DNA of 64,000 nucleotides, taken from assembly GCA_043228905.1 (NCBI GenBank), contig JBHGNT010000007.1, positions 8,804,001-8,868,000 of the forward strand, read 5' to 3'. The translations under genes and the position numbers were made by a program. Under the pieces are notes generated by a model. The model saw only the letters and a program-made list of their open reading frames with translations. It had not been told where the DNA came from and ran no database searches. The stretch's first letter is position 1; each line of letters starts with the position of its first letter. Origin of the DNA: Azolla caroliniana. Taxonomy: Eukaryota > Plantae > Polypodiophyta. Below are positions 50,770 to 63,957 of this stretch, piece by piece.

Positions 50770-51273
50770 ATTTCCCGTACACCGGATGCCGAGTTCGTTT
50801 CACCTTGAATATCTTCATATAACCCACAAAGGAAGGTGATGAGGTGATCCTAAAGTTCCATGATTACCTTTACTGGCGGGATGGGCTCCCCTTGGAAGTT
50901 CCTGCAGCAGTAATGCTTCCATATTTGCCAGGTTGTTAAACATGCAAATATGATCCACAATGACTTCAACTTTGTTGACTTTGTGTGTGACCAAGATGAA
51001 GAATCGTTCATTCTAATAGTTCCTCACTCCAGTTGCATGAAGGGACCCGATTCGTTGAATTTGGGAAACCATCATTCTTGGTTCATCGTGAGCCATTGGG
51101 TCACCGCCCATGAGACCTCTCCATAACCTTCGTTGTGAGCAAGTATCCATAAACTTTCCTTCCATATTTCATGTGGGTGTACGCAAGACCACAAGCAACA
51201 TTGAGATCATTCAGTCACTTCACCACACAAGCGACAAGTTGAGTCTAGCCCACGTTTGTTGCTCTATTCCCCA
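50770..51273 (-). mobile_element. LINE (L1-type) ORF2 C-terminal remnant (zf-RVT); continues at ~57640-57720
   Basis: Manual minus-strand translation: FWLLSHHAVPT | ...RGLDSTCRLCGEVTE*SQCCLWSC..EIW... LWIIFACLTTWQIWKHYCCRNFQGE. Confidence 0.75.
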
Positions 51274-54200
51274 TGTTCAGAATCAAGCTCAACCTAGTGT
51301 AGTGTGTGAACACACCTTCGAGAATCTATGAGCACTCAAAGGTCAAAAGTTACCACTACTCTCTACACATTAACTATGTGTCATAGAATCATATTCTATG
51401 ACACATAACTAATGAGTTCCATATTCCCCTTGACTAGTGAGTCTTCACATTCCCCAAGAGAGAGTGGACATTATAGTCCGTTAATCAAGAGAGAGGGTGA
51501 CCTTATATAAAGCACCCTCCTCCTACTTCATAAAGTTGCGGTTGTTGGTCCTTGTAATGCTACATTTTTGTACATCATATTCTCCTTGTTAATATACATC
51601 TTCTTCTTCTTGAGTACTTCATTTTCTTTTAATCTATCTTGTTTTTCTCTCCTCTCCTCTTCTCTTTCCACAAACACACACACACACATAACACACATCT
51701 CGTCCGCTGCATAGAATCATATCTAATTCTTTACATGGTATCAGAGCGATTTGGTAGCTCGATCTAGCCCATCCACGTGTGTTGCGTTCTCCGCCGACGT
51801 TCAAGAAGAACCGTCTCATTGCTATCATAGTGTGACTATATAGCTCATGTTCGAGAGAGAAGGAAAAGAATAATGAAATCTACATCAACAGAATGAATAC
51901 TCAAATGGGAAGCGCTCTCCCTAACGAGAACTTGGATAGAAACAACTTTACATCTTGGGAGTACAGGATGCACCAATACCTTGTCAACCAAGGCTATTGG
52001 AGCTACATCAAAGGAGCACAAGCATAGATTGACATATTCGCATTCGTGGGGGTTACCATACAAATACATACAAATACACATAAGAATACATGGAAAAATA
52101 TTCGTTAAAAAAAAAAGAAAAAAAAAGAGTTCCTACTTTTTAGTTTCTAATATATATATCATATAACAAACAAACTTTCACATTAAATATGGGATATTTA
52201 ACTTGACATTAAAAAGGAGGCTTACTCTACATAATATTTTTATATAATAAACTGAAAACTTAAAAGTTAAAAGTATTTGTTTTATTTTTAATAAATATAA
52301 AACAATAATTAAAATAAATAAAAGATTCATTAATTTCCCACTTTACTCTCCCACAAAAATTGATATTTTTATCTGTTATTAAAAGGGAACCTCATACTAA
52401 TACTATTTTTATAATATATATATAAAACTTAAATGTATTTGTTTTTTTTAATAAAACGAAAAATAAATAAATATGTAAATAAATTAACTAAATAAAAGGT
52501 TCCCATAAATTTCATATTTTTATTTCACATTAAAAAGGGGAACTCACACTAATAATATTTTTATAATATTTATCAAACTTAGATGTATATGTTTTAATTT
52601 TTAATAGAACAACAAATAAATAAAATATATGTAAAATAAATAGAATAAATAAAAGGTTCTCACAAAACTTTATATTCTTATCTCACATTAAAAAGGGAAC
52701 CTCACACTAATAATATTCTTATAATAGATGAAAAACTTTAAAGTATTTGTTTTATTTTTAATAAAAATTAAAAAATAAATAAAAGGTTCATTAATTCCCT
52801 ACTTTTTATTCTCTTGAAAAGGGGACCACTAATAATATATTTATATATAATATATATATTTATTTTTTAAATAATAAATAAATAAACGAATGGTTCTGTA
52901 ATATTCTTGGGGTGATTTTGTATTCTCGAATATTACGAATATTACAGATGTCGAATATTACGAATTTCACGCATGGGTCAATCTATGAGCACAAGAAAAT
53001 CAACCCAGCCCAACAACTCCCAAATACTCAACATGGGAGCAAGCCACAAGCCGAGTAATGTATTGCTTGGCGACATGTGTCCATGACCACATGCTTGCCT
53101 ACATTCGAGAAGTCAAGAAGCCAAAGGAAGTGTGGGAGAATCTAAGGAAGATTTTCACAGCTAACACAACTGCAAAAAAGCTTCAACTCCGCGAAGAGTT
53201 GAACAACATCCAACAAAGGGATATGTCCATCACAAGCTACACCTTGAAGATCAAGGAGCTTTGTGACTCACTCGGCTCAATAAGCGTCAAAGTGGAGGAT
53301 GATGAGATTGTGCAAATATGCCTAGGTGGCCTCACACCACAATTTGACGCGATGAGAACCATCGTCATAGCAAGGGAGAATCCTCCCTCTTTCTTCGATC
53401 TTCAATCAATGTTGTTGGTTGAAGAAAACCATGTTTGAACAAGGAGCAACACCACGGAAGGCCACATGTTCTACTCACACTCGAACGGAGGAAGAGGAAG
53501 CGGTTGAGCAAGAAGAGGCCGATTCGGCCACGGACAAGGTGGACGAGGTCTGACCTATGAAAATAACTCCCACTTTCGGCAAGAAAACGGAAACAATAGA
53601 GGGACATTCAGAAGAAGGGGGAGCTTCCATACCGGTCGAAGCCGACAAAACTCGATCAAATGCGAATACTGCGGCAAAATCGTCCACCATGAAGAAGAGT
53701 GCAAAAGAAGAAGCACGGGTCGGCTTCCACTAGCCAACATCTAACCAATTATGCCACCATTTCCAACTATGATGACCATAGCGGAATGTTTGTGATGAGA
53801 CAGAGCCAATTCTATGTCCGCTTCTACTTCGACTAATGCCTCAAGTCTGAAAGATGTATGGTTCGTCGACTTCGGTGCCTCGAACCATATGATGTCTAAT
53901 CAAGAATGGTTCCGAGACTTACGAGAGCCAGATCGACCCGGCTATGTGGAAACCGGAGACGACACTACTCATCCAATTCGGCACATCGGCAATGTCCCAT
54001 TCAGGAAAGAAGGCGAACGAACTTGCATGTACCAATTATAATGAAGAATTTGATCTCAGTCAACCAAATTATTGAGCAAGGCATGCAAGTTCAATTCAAC
54101 CATGGTGGTTGTTTCATCGAGAAAGGAAGGCTGACTCATCGCTCGTGGTCAAAGGAAGGCCAAATGTTTATCCTAGAGCCGAACGAGGTAAAATAGGCCA

Positions 54201-57200
54201 TGTTTGCAAAGGGTCTCAAAGCTGACACCGACATCGAGTTGTGGCACAAGATGATTGTCCACATCAATCTCAATAAACTCAAGGTGATGCAATCGAAAGG
54301 AGTCGTCATCGGGCTCCCGACCTTCAAAGATAAAGAGATTGAAGGTGTATGTGGAGCCTGCAAATTCAGGAATCAACATCGGCACCCATTCCCAAAGGAG
54401 AGGAACGTGAGCAAAGGCATATTGGATGTAATTCATTCCGACGTATGGGGACCGACTCAAACGACTACATTCGGCAGATGCCGATATTATGTGACCTTTA
54501 TCGATGACTTCTCCAAGCACTCTTGGATCTACCCCATGTGACAAAAGAGCAAAGTGTTCAGACACTTCCAAAAAATTTAAGAATGAAGTCGAGAAAGTCA
54601 CAGGTTGGCATGTTCGATATCTTCGGTCAGATGGAGGCAAGGAATAATTCTCCGATGCATTCACGACATACCTTCGACAAGAAGGAACCCGACGAGAATT
54701 TTTGTGTCGACATACACACAACAAAACGGAGTGGCCGAACACAAAAATTGGCACATCCTCAAAGTAGTAAGGGCCATGCTAAACGAGAAGCACATCCTCG
54801 AAGTAGCAAGGGTCGTCTACCTCATGAACCGGTGCACAACATCCGGAGTGCATGAATTTAACCCTCACGAGAAATACTATTGGAAGAAGCCGAATCATCC
54901 CATGTAAGGATATTTGGCTCACTTGCATACGTGCACATCCCCGACGAAAAGCGGAAAAACTTGGATCCCAAGTTGGAGAAGTGTATCCTCGTAGGGTACT
55001 CACTGGAGAAAAAGGAGTACAAGTGCTTCAACCCCTCTACTCGGAAGGCTCATGTAGTCAGGATGTTGTGTTTGACGAATCAGCATCATGCTACGAACCT
55101 GGGCTGACTCCTCTTGAACCATTTCCAGTCAACCCGAACTTGGCCAAACAAGAGATAGAAGATGAAGATCAAATGAGGCATATGTTCAAAGAAAGTCCGA
55201 TCACGACCAGGCTCTGTGGGCCACAAGAGCCCCAGAGCGACCAAAGCACATCTCGGCCAAGTCAAAAGATGGACAAAGTCAAGGCCAAAATGCCAAAATA
55301 TGAAGACAATCAATTCGACGGCAAAATATCAACTCACTCACTCGACAGTGAGTTCAGTGGCTTTGATGTGCTTCTAATTGGGTCACCTGGAGTTAAGAAA
55401 GCACTCACATTGGCAAATGAGAAACTCCATCGCTCCATCCGAGAGAAGAATCTGATTAGCCGATTTGGCTACAACGACTATATGGCATACCATTATGCCT
55501 TTATGATGAAGGTGGCAGCAATTTGAGAACCAGAATTTTATTCCAAAGCAGTCAAGGATCCACAATGGATCGAAGAAATGAATGAGGAGACGCAGGCACT
55601 ATGCAAGAACGAGACATGGGATCTCGTTTCTCACTCACCACACAAAAAGGCGATCGGTTGCAAGTGGATTTACAAAGTGAAATATAATGTTGACGACTCT
55701 GTCAACTGCTACAAAGCCCGACTCGTAGCGAAAGGATATGCACAAACACATGGAGTCCACTATGAGAACACCTTTGCCCCAGTGGCAAAGATGATGACTA
55801 TGCGGACCGTGATTGCATTTGCAACGACAAACGGGTGGCACCTCCATCAAATGGACGTCACAAACGCCTTACTTCAAGGAGAATTAGAAGAGGAGGTGTA
55901 CATGGTACATACTACTACAGCCACCGGGCTTCGAATCCAGCATTCATCCGAAATCTGTTTGCCGACTAAAGAAGCCATTATACGGCCTTAAGCAAGCACC
56001 ACGTGCTTGCCACTCGAAGATAACACAATATCCTCATCGAATCAGCTTCAGAATGTCTAAATCCGACAACTCTCTCTATGTTAGAAACGACTCTGGAAGC
56101 CTGATTGTCATCATCCTATATGTGGATGATCTAGTCATTGGAGGTGAGCATCTACTCGACATCAACAAGGTGAAGTCCCTCCTCTCCGGCAAATTCGAGA
56201 TGACTGACATGAAGGAGCTTCATTACTTCCTAGGCATTGAAGTAATTCGAACTCCAACTGGCATTATGATCTCCCAACGGCACTACATCGTCAACTTCTT
56301 ATACAAGTTCGGGATGAGTAACTGCAAATCTATGTAAACGCCTCTCGATTGGAACCTAAAGCTAGTTGCCGACTCTGGCACGGAAGAGTGTGAGCAAACT
56401 CAGTATCTACAACTAATCAGGAGCCTCATCTATCTCACAATCACTCGTCCTAACCTCAACTACCTTGTCGGTCTCCTTAGCCAATTCATGCAAAAGCCAC
56501 GTGGCATTCACTTGGATTGCGTTAAGCGAGTGTTACGATACGTGAGCGTCACAATGGATTGTGGCATCCTCTACACTACGGCAATGCCAATTCGACTCGA
56601 AGCGTACACAGATGCCGATTGGGCCGGTTACAGAGTTGATCGACGATCGACCTACGGATTTGTTTTCTCCCTTGACAACAAAGCAATATCCTAGAGTAGC
56701 AAGAAGTAGCCAATCATCGCTCTTTCGAGCACAGAGGCTGAATACAGGGGCATGGTTCTGACTGCATGTGAACCCATCTAGTTTCAGAAGTGAAATTTGA
56801 AGGATCTGGGCATTCCCATCAAGGATCCGACTCCCCTTACTACGACAACATGAGCAGTATTTATCTGGCTCGGAACTCGATGTTCCATGCACGCACAAAG
56901 CATATCGAAGTGCACTATCACTTCATTTGAGAGGCTCACATTTAGGCTGGATATGTTGACCTTCAACACATCAACACGAATCTTCAGACTAGCAACATCT
57001 TCACCAAAGCCCTAGGAGCCGACAAGCTTCGGCAATTCATGTCGGACCTTGGATTGACGATCCCTGACTTGCCAAGCTTGAGGGGGAGTACAAGAGAGAA
57101 CCAAATACCGTCCAAACCGGGTACCAACCGAAGTGAACCTCAACCGAAAGAAGCCAATCCAAGTTGAGCTTGAGGGGTTTTGTTGAGAATCAAGCTCAAC

Positions 57201-57639
57201 CTAGTGTAGTGTGTGAACACACCTTCGAGAATCTATTGAGCACTCAAAGGTCAAAAGTTACCACTACTCTCTACACATTAACTATGTGTCATAGAATCAT
57301 ATTCTATGACACATAACTAATGAGTTCCATATTCCCCATGACTAGTGAGTCTCCACATTCCGCAAGAGAGAGTGGACATTATAGTGAGTTGATGAAGAGA
57401 GAGGGTGACCTTATATAAAGCACCCTCCTCCTACTTCATAAAGTTTCGGTTGTTGGTCCTTGTAATGCTAAGTTTTTGTACATCATATTCTCCTTGTTAA
57501 TATACATCTTCTTCTTCTTGAGTACTTCATTTTCTTTTAAGCTATCTTATGTTTCTCTCCTCTCCTCTTCTCTTTCCACAAACACACACACATAACACAC
57601 ATCTCTTCCGCTGCACAGAATCATATCTGATTCTTTACA
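51274..57639 (+). mobile_element. Full-length but decayed Ty1/copia element
   Basis: LTRs 51274-51735 and 57181-57639; Met PBS 51736-51747; TSD CCCCA/CCCTA; fragmented gag, [32 protein letters not shown] and DADWAG. Confidence 0.95.
52023..52987. mobile_element. Non-autonomous hAT-type DNA transposon (MITE) in the copia gag
   Basis: 11-bp TIR CATAGATTGAC/GTCAATCTATG; perfect 8-bp TSD AGCACAAG (52015-52022, 52988-52995); very AT-rich interior with internal repeats. Confidence 0.92.
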
Positions 57640-57977
57640 CCCTAGTTGGAACGGCATGATGGCTAAGCAGCCAAAAAATTTACTTCGTTTTTTAGGGGAG
57701 AACAATAATCCATTGTTTGGGGGAGGTTTAACTTGTTTTGTCTTGATGCGAAAAGTAGATAATGAATCATACTCAATGCATATCCAACGTACATATTAGA
57801 GTATGTAAGGTTGTCTTAATATGCCAATTAACCCACCATAAGTTCTTAGTGTTATATGAGAGTAACTCCGAATAGCAATATTATATTGTAATTTCTCTTT
57901 TCAATTTAATCTTGATTTTAAATATTCATGCTATTTTAACTGCCCTTTGTGAAAATGGATCCGTAGGCCTCTAACAA

Positions 57978-60900
57978 TGTTGAGAGACAAGCTCAACATC
58001 GGCCGGATCGGCTGAAGAAGCCGAGGACCGGATTGGTTGGGACCGATCGGTTAGGCTGAGTGCGTAAACCGGGAGATCGTTAGGAAAGATATTCCGTGAG
58101 GAATATATTTGGGAGTTAGTGTAGGGGCTCTTGATGAGCATTGAAGTACTGTCAGTACTTCGGTCAGTCCTTCTAGGGCTTGTATAAAAGTGTTCACTGA
58201 GCACGTCTTATGTACAGACTGAGTATTATTATTGAATATAGAGTTTTCTGTGTTTCTCTCTCTGTCTCTCCCGCGTATATCGTGTAAGCCCAACCTCTCC
58301 ATTGAACCTGAGTTTCCTTCCTCTGTTCTGTCTTCATACCTGCTTCCGCATGCTATTTTCTACATGGTATCAGAGCACGAGGGTTGAGAACCTCTCTGCA
58401 GCCGACATAGCTTGACGAAGAAGAACAAGAAGAATGATGGATAGAGGCATGGCGAGCTCGCTTCCAACAGAGAAGCTCGACAGAACCAACTACGCGTCTT
58501 GGTCCTACAAGATGCACCAGTACCTGCTCGGGCATGGCTATTGGAGTTATGTCGAAGGAGCTAATGACGCGGCACCCGAATCGACACACAGAGACTTCCC
58601 GTCGTGGGAGCAATCGGCGAGCAGGGTGTTGTACTGCTTCGCGTCGTGTGTGGGCAAACAGCTATTAAGCTATGTTCGGGATGCAAAGACGCCGAAGGGT
58701 GCGTGGGAAAATCTGAAGAAGATTTTCACCGCGAGCACCACAGCTAGGAAGCTTCAGCTCCGACAGGAGTTGAGCAACCTACGACAACGCGACTTGTCGG
58801 TGGCGGACTATACCTCGAAGATCAAGGATATCTGCGACTCCCTCGCCTCCATAGAGGTGAACATCGAGGAGAGCGAGATGGTCCAGATCTGTCTCGGAGG
58901 TTTGGCGTCAAAGTTTGGAGCGTTCCGAACGGCTGTGTGTACCCGGGAGAATACGTCGTCCTTTTTCGACTTACAGTCGATGCTCCTGGTAGAGGAGAAC
59001 CACGCGGGTGCGTCGACGAGCACGCACACCAACAGCAAGATGTTGTACACGGAGGGAGAAAGGCCCCGTGGTCGTGGCGAACGAGGCGAGTCGGTACGCA
59101 ATGGAAGCGGCCGACGAGATGAAGGAAGATGGCACCAAAGTGATGCCGACAGCAACTCTAGACCCTCCGAAAACAGGGGGGGTCGAAGCGATGAGAACCG
59201 GCAAGGGAAGGCCATCGCGGAGTGCTGGTACTGTGGCAAGAAAGGCCACAGGGAAAGTGAGTGCTGGAAGAAGCGCGCCGATTCGGAGAGAACTGGTTTC
59301 GGGAATGGCTCCAGACATACCGACAAGGGAAATCGGCAGCGATCGCACTACGCCAAAGACTCCAGGAGAGCTGGAGAAGGGTCTGTCTTCGTGACGAGAC
59401 ACGAAGCAAACTCAATGAAACAAAGCACCCCGAGATCAGACGAGGTGTGGTACGTAGACTCCGGCGCGTCAAACCACATGACGAGCCATAAGGAGTGGTT
59501 CTCGTACCTTGAAAAACCGATACAACCTGGAGTAGTCGCAACAGGAGACGACACTCCGCATCCGATTGTGAATGTCGGAGAAGTTCCCCTTAGCCATGTC
59601 GGGCAGAAAGGGAAACTCATGAACGTGTTGCACGTTCCGACAATCACGAAAAACTTGGTCTCAGTCGGACAGATCGTCAACCAAGGGATGGACGTTCGGT
59701 TTACACACCTAGGGTGCTTCATTGAGGAAGAAGGCCGTGTGATTGCGCAAGGGCGCAGTGACGGGAGGATGTTCATCCTCGACTCCACTGACGGCGGCAC
59801 CGCAATGTTCGTGAAGGGACAAAAAGCCGAGTCGGACATCGACTTGTGGCACAAGCGGATAGGCCACGTCAACCACCAGCGGCTTCAAGATCTGCAATCG
59901 AAACAGGTAGTGTTCGGATTGCCCAAATTTAGTGGCCGAAAGGCACAAATTTGTGAAGCCTGCCAGCTCGGGAAGCAACACCGACTTCCTTTCCCGAACG
60001 AGCGAAACCGGAGCCGGAACAAGCTCGACCTTATACACTCCGATGTATGGGGGCCGGCACAAAACGTTAGTCTTGGCGGGAGCCGATATTTCGTCTCCTT
60101 CATCGACGACCACACGCGGCATACGTGGATCTACCTCATTGAGAGGAAGAGCGAAGTCTTCGACTGTTTTCGTGACCTCAAAGGGTTCGTGGAAACGGAA
60201 ACAGGACGGAAGATCAAGTGTCTGCGATCGGATGGCGGAAAAGAGTACTTTTCCGGTCAATTCAACGGTTATCTACAACAAATGGGAATTCGGCGCGAAT
60301 TCAGTTGTAGATATACGCCAGAGCAGAACGGCGTGGCCGAGAGGAAAAATCGGTCAGTTGTGGAAGCGGCACGGGCAATGCTGGAGGAGAAGAGCTTGCC
60401 CAAGTTCTACTTGGCCGAGGTGGTAAGGACCGCGGTATACATCTAGAACCGGATCGGAGACAAAGTGTCGGCACACGAGCTATATTTCGAAACGAAGCCG
60501 AACTTGCGACACTTGAGGGTGTTCGGTAGCATTGCGTATGTGCATGTACCAAAGGAGAAAAGGAGGAAACTGGACGCAAAGGCCGAGAAGTGCATCTTGA
60601 TCGGTTACTCGAACGAGCAGAAGGGTTATAAGTGCTATAACCCTCGCACCAAACAAGCGCGTGTCAGCCGCGACGTTGTGTTTGACGAGTCCGCGTCCTG
60701 GTACCTCTCCCCGACTCGGAACCCCGACTCCAATACGAGTTCTGACGATGAGGTCAGCGAGGCCGAGATGCCTCCGGTGAGCCCGAAATCGAGACCCGCG
60801 AAGAGAGTCCGATTTCACTCCGGTTAAGTGGACCGATTGGACGACTGAGTCGGTACGACCAGTCCGATGAAGAGCCGGCGAGTAGTGGAGACTCGGTCGT

Positions 60901-63637
60901 GCATTCCCCGCGCAGGAAGCTGAGGAGACGGCTTACGCGCAAAGAAAAAAGGAAGAAGAAGGTGTCGGATTCCGGCACGGATAGGAACGAGTCAGACCGA
61001 CGCGAGTCCGACTCCGAGGGAACCGGTGACGGGTCTTTAAAGGTGAAGACCGCATCGACCGAGAAGGCCTCGACATCGGCTAATGTGAGATTACGTCGAT
61101 CTACCCGCCAAAAGAACCCAGTTGTGCGGTTCGGATACAACGAGTACATGGCGCATCATTATGCGTACATGACCCGTGTAGCGGAAGTGCGTGAGCCGGA
61201 GAGCTACGCAGAAGCGGCTAAAGACGCGAATTGGCGTGCCGCGATGGAGGAAGAGATGCACGCATTGGCGGAGAACGAGACCTGGGACCTGGTTGACGCA
61301 CCGAAGGGTGTGAAGCCGATCGTGTGTAGATGGGTGTACAAAGTCAAGTACAACACCGATGGCTCGGTCAACCGGTACAAGGCTCGGCTAGTGGCAAAGG
61401 GCTACGCGCAGAAACACGGCATCGACTACGATGAGACGTTTGCCCCGGTCGCGAAAATGATGACCGTCTGTATTTTGCTCGCATTAGCTACGGCGAAGGG
61501 GTGGCATTTACATCAGATGGATGTAAAGAATGCGTTCCTGCAAGGTGACCTTGAGGAACAGGTGTACATGGTACAGCCCCCCGGATTTCACTCCGGAATG
61601 AACTCCTCGGCAGTATGCCGACTGAAGAAGTCCCTTTACGGACTAAAGCAAGCCCCGCGTGCCTAGAACGCGAAGATCACGCAACAACTGCATCGGATGG
61701 GCTTCGTCACGTCAAAATCGGACTCTTCCTTGTTCATCCGGGGAGGTCGACTCAGACCGGTTAGTATTCTATTATATGTTGATGACTTGGTCATCACCGG
61801 CGCCGACCTAGGTGAAATCGACCGCGTGAAGCTTCAGCTTGCGGCATCGTTCGACATGAAGGATCTGGGGGACCTTCATTACTTCCTCGGGATCGAAGTG
61901 ATCCGTACCCCCGAAGGCATATTGATCAGCCAACATCACTACGTGCTGAGTATGCTCTTCAAATTCGGGATGGCCGACTGTAAGTCCGTCTCGACTCCTC
62001 TGGATAGAACCGTGAAGCTTCGTCCAGATACGGGAAAGGTATGCGACCCGACGAGGTTCCGAAAAATTGTCGGACGCCTCATATATTTGACCATCACCCG
62101 ACCCGACCTCAGTTATCCGGTCGGGGTGATCAGTCAGTTCATGGCGCGACCTACCGAGGAGCACCTTCAGTGTGCGCAACGCATACTTCGGTATGTAAGC
62201 GGCACTAAGGACCGCGGACTTCTATATCGGACCGGTGCAGCTGCACAGTTAGTCGGCTATACCGATGTTGATTGGGCTGGCAACGCCGCCGATCGTCGAT
62301 CCACGTCTGGATACGCGTTCTCCCTCGGGAGTGCCGCGATCGCGTGGAGCAGTAAGAAGCAGCCGACAGTTGCCCTATCGAGCATCGAAGCTGAGTACCG
62401 AGGAGCGGTTGTCGCGACATGTGAAGCCATATGGTTGAAGCGGCTACTTAAGGACCTGCAGGTGGAGGTGTCCGATCCAACGACGATCTACTGCGACAAC
62501 CTCAGCAGCATCCAGCTCGCGAAAAACCACGTTTTCCACGCACGGACCAAGCACATTGAGGTGCACTACCATTTCGTCCGTGAGCGTGTCCTTTCCGGTG
62601 AAGTCGAACTTCAGTACGTTCCGACGGATCGGCAGACTGCCGACATCTTCACCAAGCCTCTTGGTCTGGACAAGTTGCGGCAATTCTCAGGTGTGCTCGG
62701 GTTGCGTCACCTTGACATGCCGAACTTGAGGGGGAGAAAAGTCCCGAACAACCAACCAAGGCAGCAGGAAGGGAGCGGACACTGCGACACCGAGTCGGTT
62801 GTCAAGTTCGACATCAGATCGGCTGAAGAAGCCGAGGGCGGACCCGCGGAAAAGTTCGGAAGAGGACAGAAGGGGAGCAGCCGAAGAAGAGAGCCGATGC
62901 CAACCACGCATGGGGGAGATGACACCATCAAGGGCGAGAAGACCAAAGACGAGTTGGAGACAGCCAACTCGGACGAGAGCGAAAACCGATCGGAGGTAGC
63001 CGAGTCGGTTCGGATGTTTGATTCAGACACGCTGAATCAACCGAGGCCCAAGCAGAAGAAAAGGCAGCAGGAGAAGCGTCAACACCACAACAGCAGAAGA
63101 GCTGATAAGGGCCGCATGAGCATACAAGCCGACCGGAAGGGTCGAAGCACGCGGAGTCGAACAGGTCGAGGAGCGCGAGCGAGGCGAGAAGCCAGGAGGA
63201 ACCGGTGCTGTGAAGATCCCGAAGAGCCTCAAGTTGAGCTTGAGGGGGAGTGTTGAGAGACAAGCTCAACATCGGCCGGATCGGCTGAAGAAGCCGAGGA
63301 CCGGATCGGTTGGGACCGATCGGTTAGGCCGAGTGCGTAAACTGGGAGATCGTTAGGAAAGATATTCCGTGAGGAATATATTTGGGAGTTAGTGTAGGGG
63401 CTCTTGATGAGCATTGAAGTACTGTCAGTACTTCGGTCAGTCCTTCTAGGGCTTGTATAAAAGTGTTCACTGAGCACGTCTTATGTACAGACTGAGTATT
63501 ATTATTGAATATAGAGTTTTCTGTGTTTCTTTCTCTGTCTCTCCCGCGTATATCGTGTAAGCCCAACCTCTCCATTGAACCTGAGTTTCCTTCCTCTGTT
63601 CTGTCTTCATACCTGCTTCCGCACGCTATTTTCTACA
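57978..63637 (+). mobile_element. Young, near-intact Ty1/copia LTR retrotransposon
   Basis: 387-bp LTRs 57978-58364 and 63251-63637 (5 C/T differences by eye); PBS TGGTATCAGAGC 58365-58376; PPT GAGGGGGAG; flanking ACAA/ACAA. Confidence 0.97.
58434..63256 (+). pseudogene. Copia gag-pol polyprotein with two premature TAG stops and one frameshift
   Basis: ORFs 58434-60446, 60465-60827, 60899-61666 and 61697-63256: [60 protein letters not shown]. Confidence 0.95.
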
Positions 63638-63853
63638 ACAACCTACCAACCTACCGGTTTCAATCCAATCCAGCTCCCCGAAACCGATCCGTCTCCGATT
63701 GAGCTTGTTGTCATAGACATGACAACGGTCATGTCAAGATTTGAACTCTTGACCTCTTATATATAGTCAAGTGTTGTGTTCTAACCAACACGTCCAAATA
63801 TATTATCACATTATATATATCTTAGTAGATTATTAGTAGATTATCTATTTCAA

Positions 63854-63957
63854 GTTCTAGGAGTTTTTAGAAAGTTCTAGAACTAGAAGGTTCTAGAGAG
63901 TTCTAGAATATTCTCCCGAATATTCTAATGCATGTACTTTGACTCACAGTATAAATA
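63854..63957 (+). promoter_or_regulatory. Heat-shock-element cluster followed by a TATA box
   Basis: TTCtaGAGagTTCtaGAAtaTTC (63891-63913) and GAAagTTCtaGAA (63870-63882); TATAAATA at 63950-63957. Confidence 0.6.

Noticed and set aside
21407-58376. Array tRNA-Glu serving as primer for neighbouring retroelements
   Set aside because: The visible PBSs match Met (8884, 47161, 51736, 58365), Trp (39606) and Arg-type (21407) tRNAs; none is complementary to the Glu 3' end.
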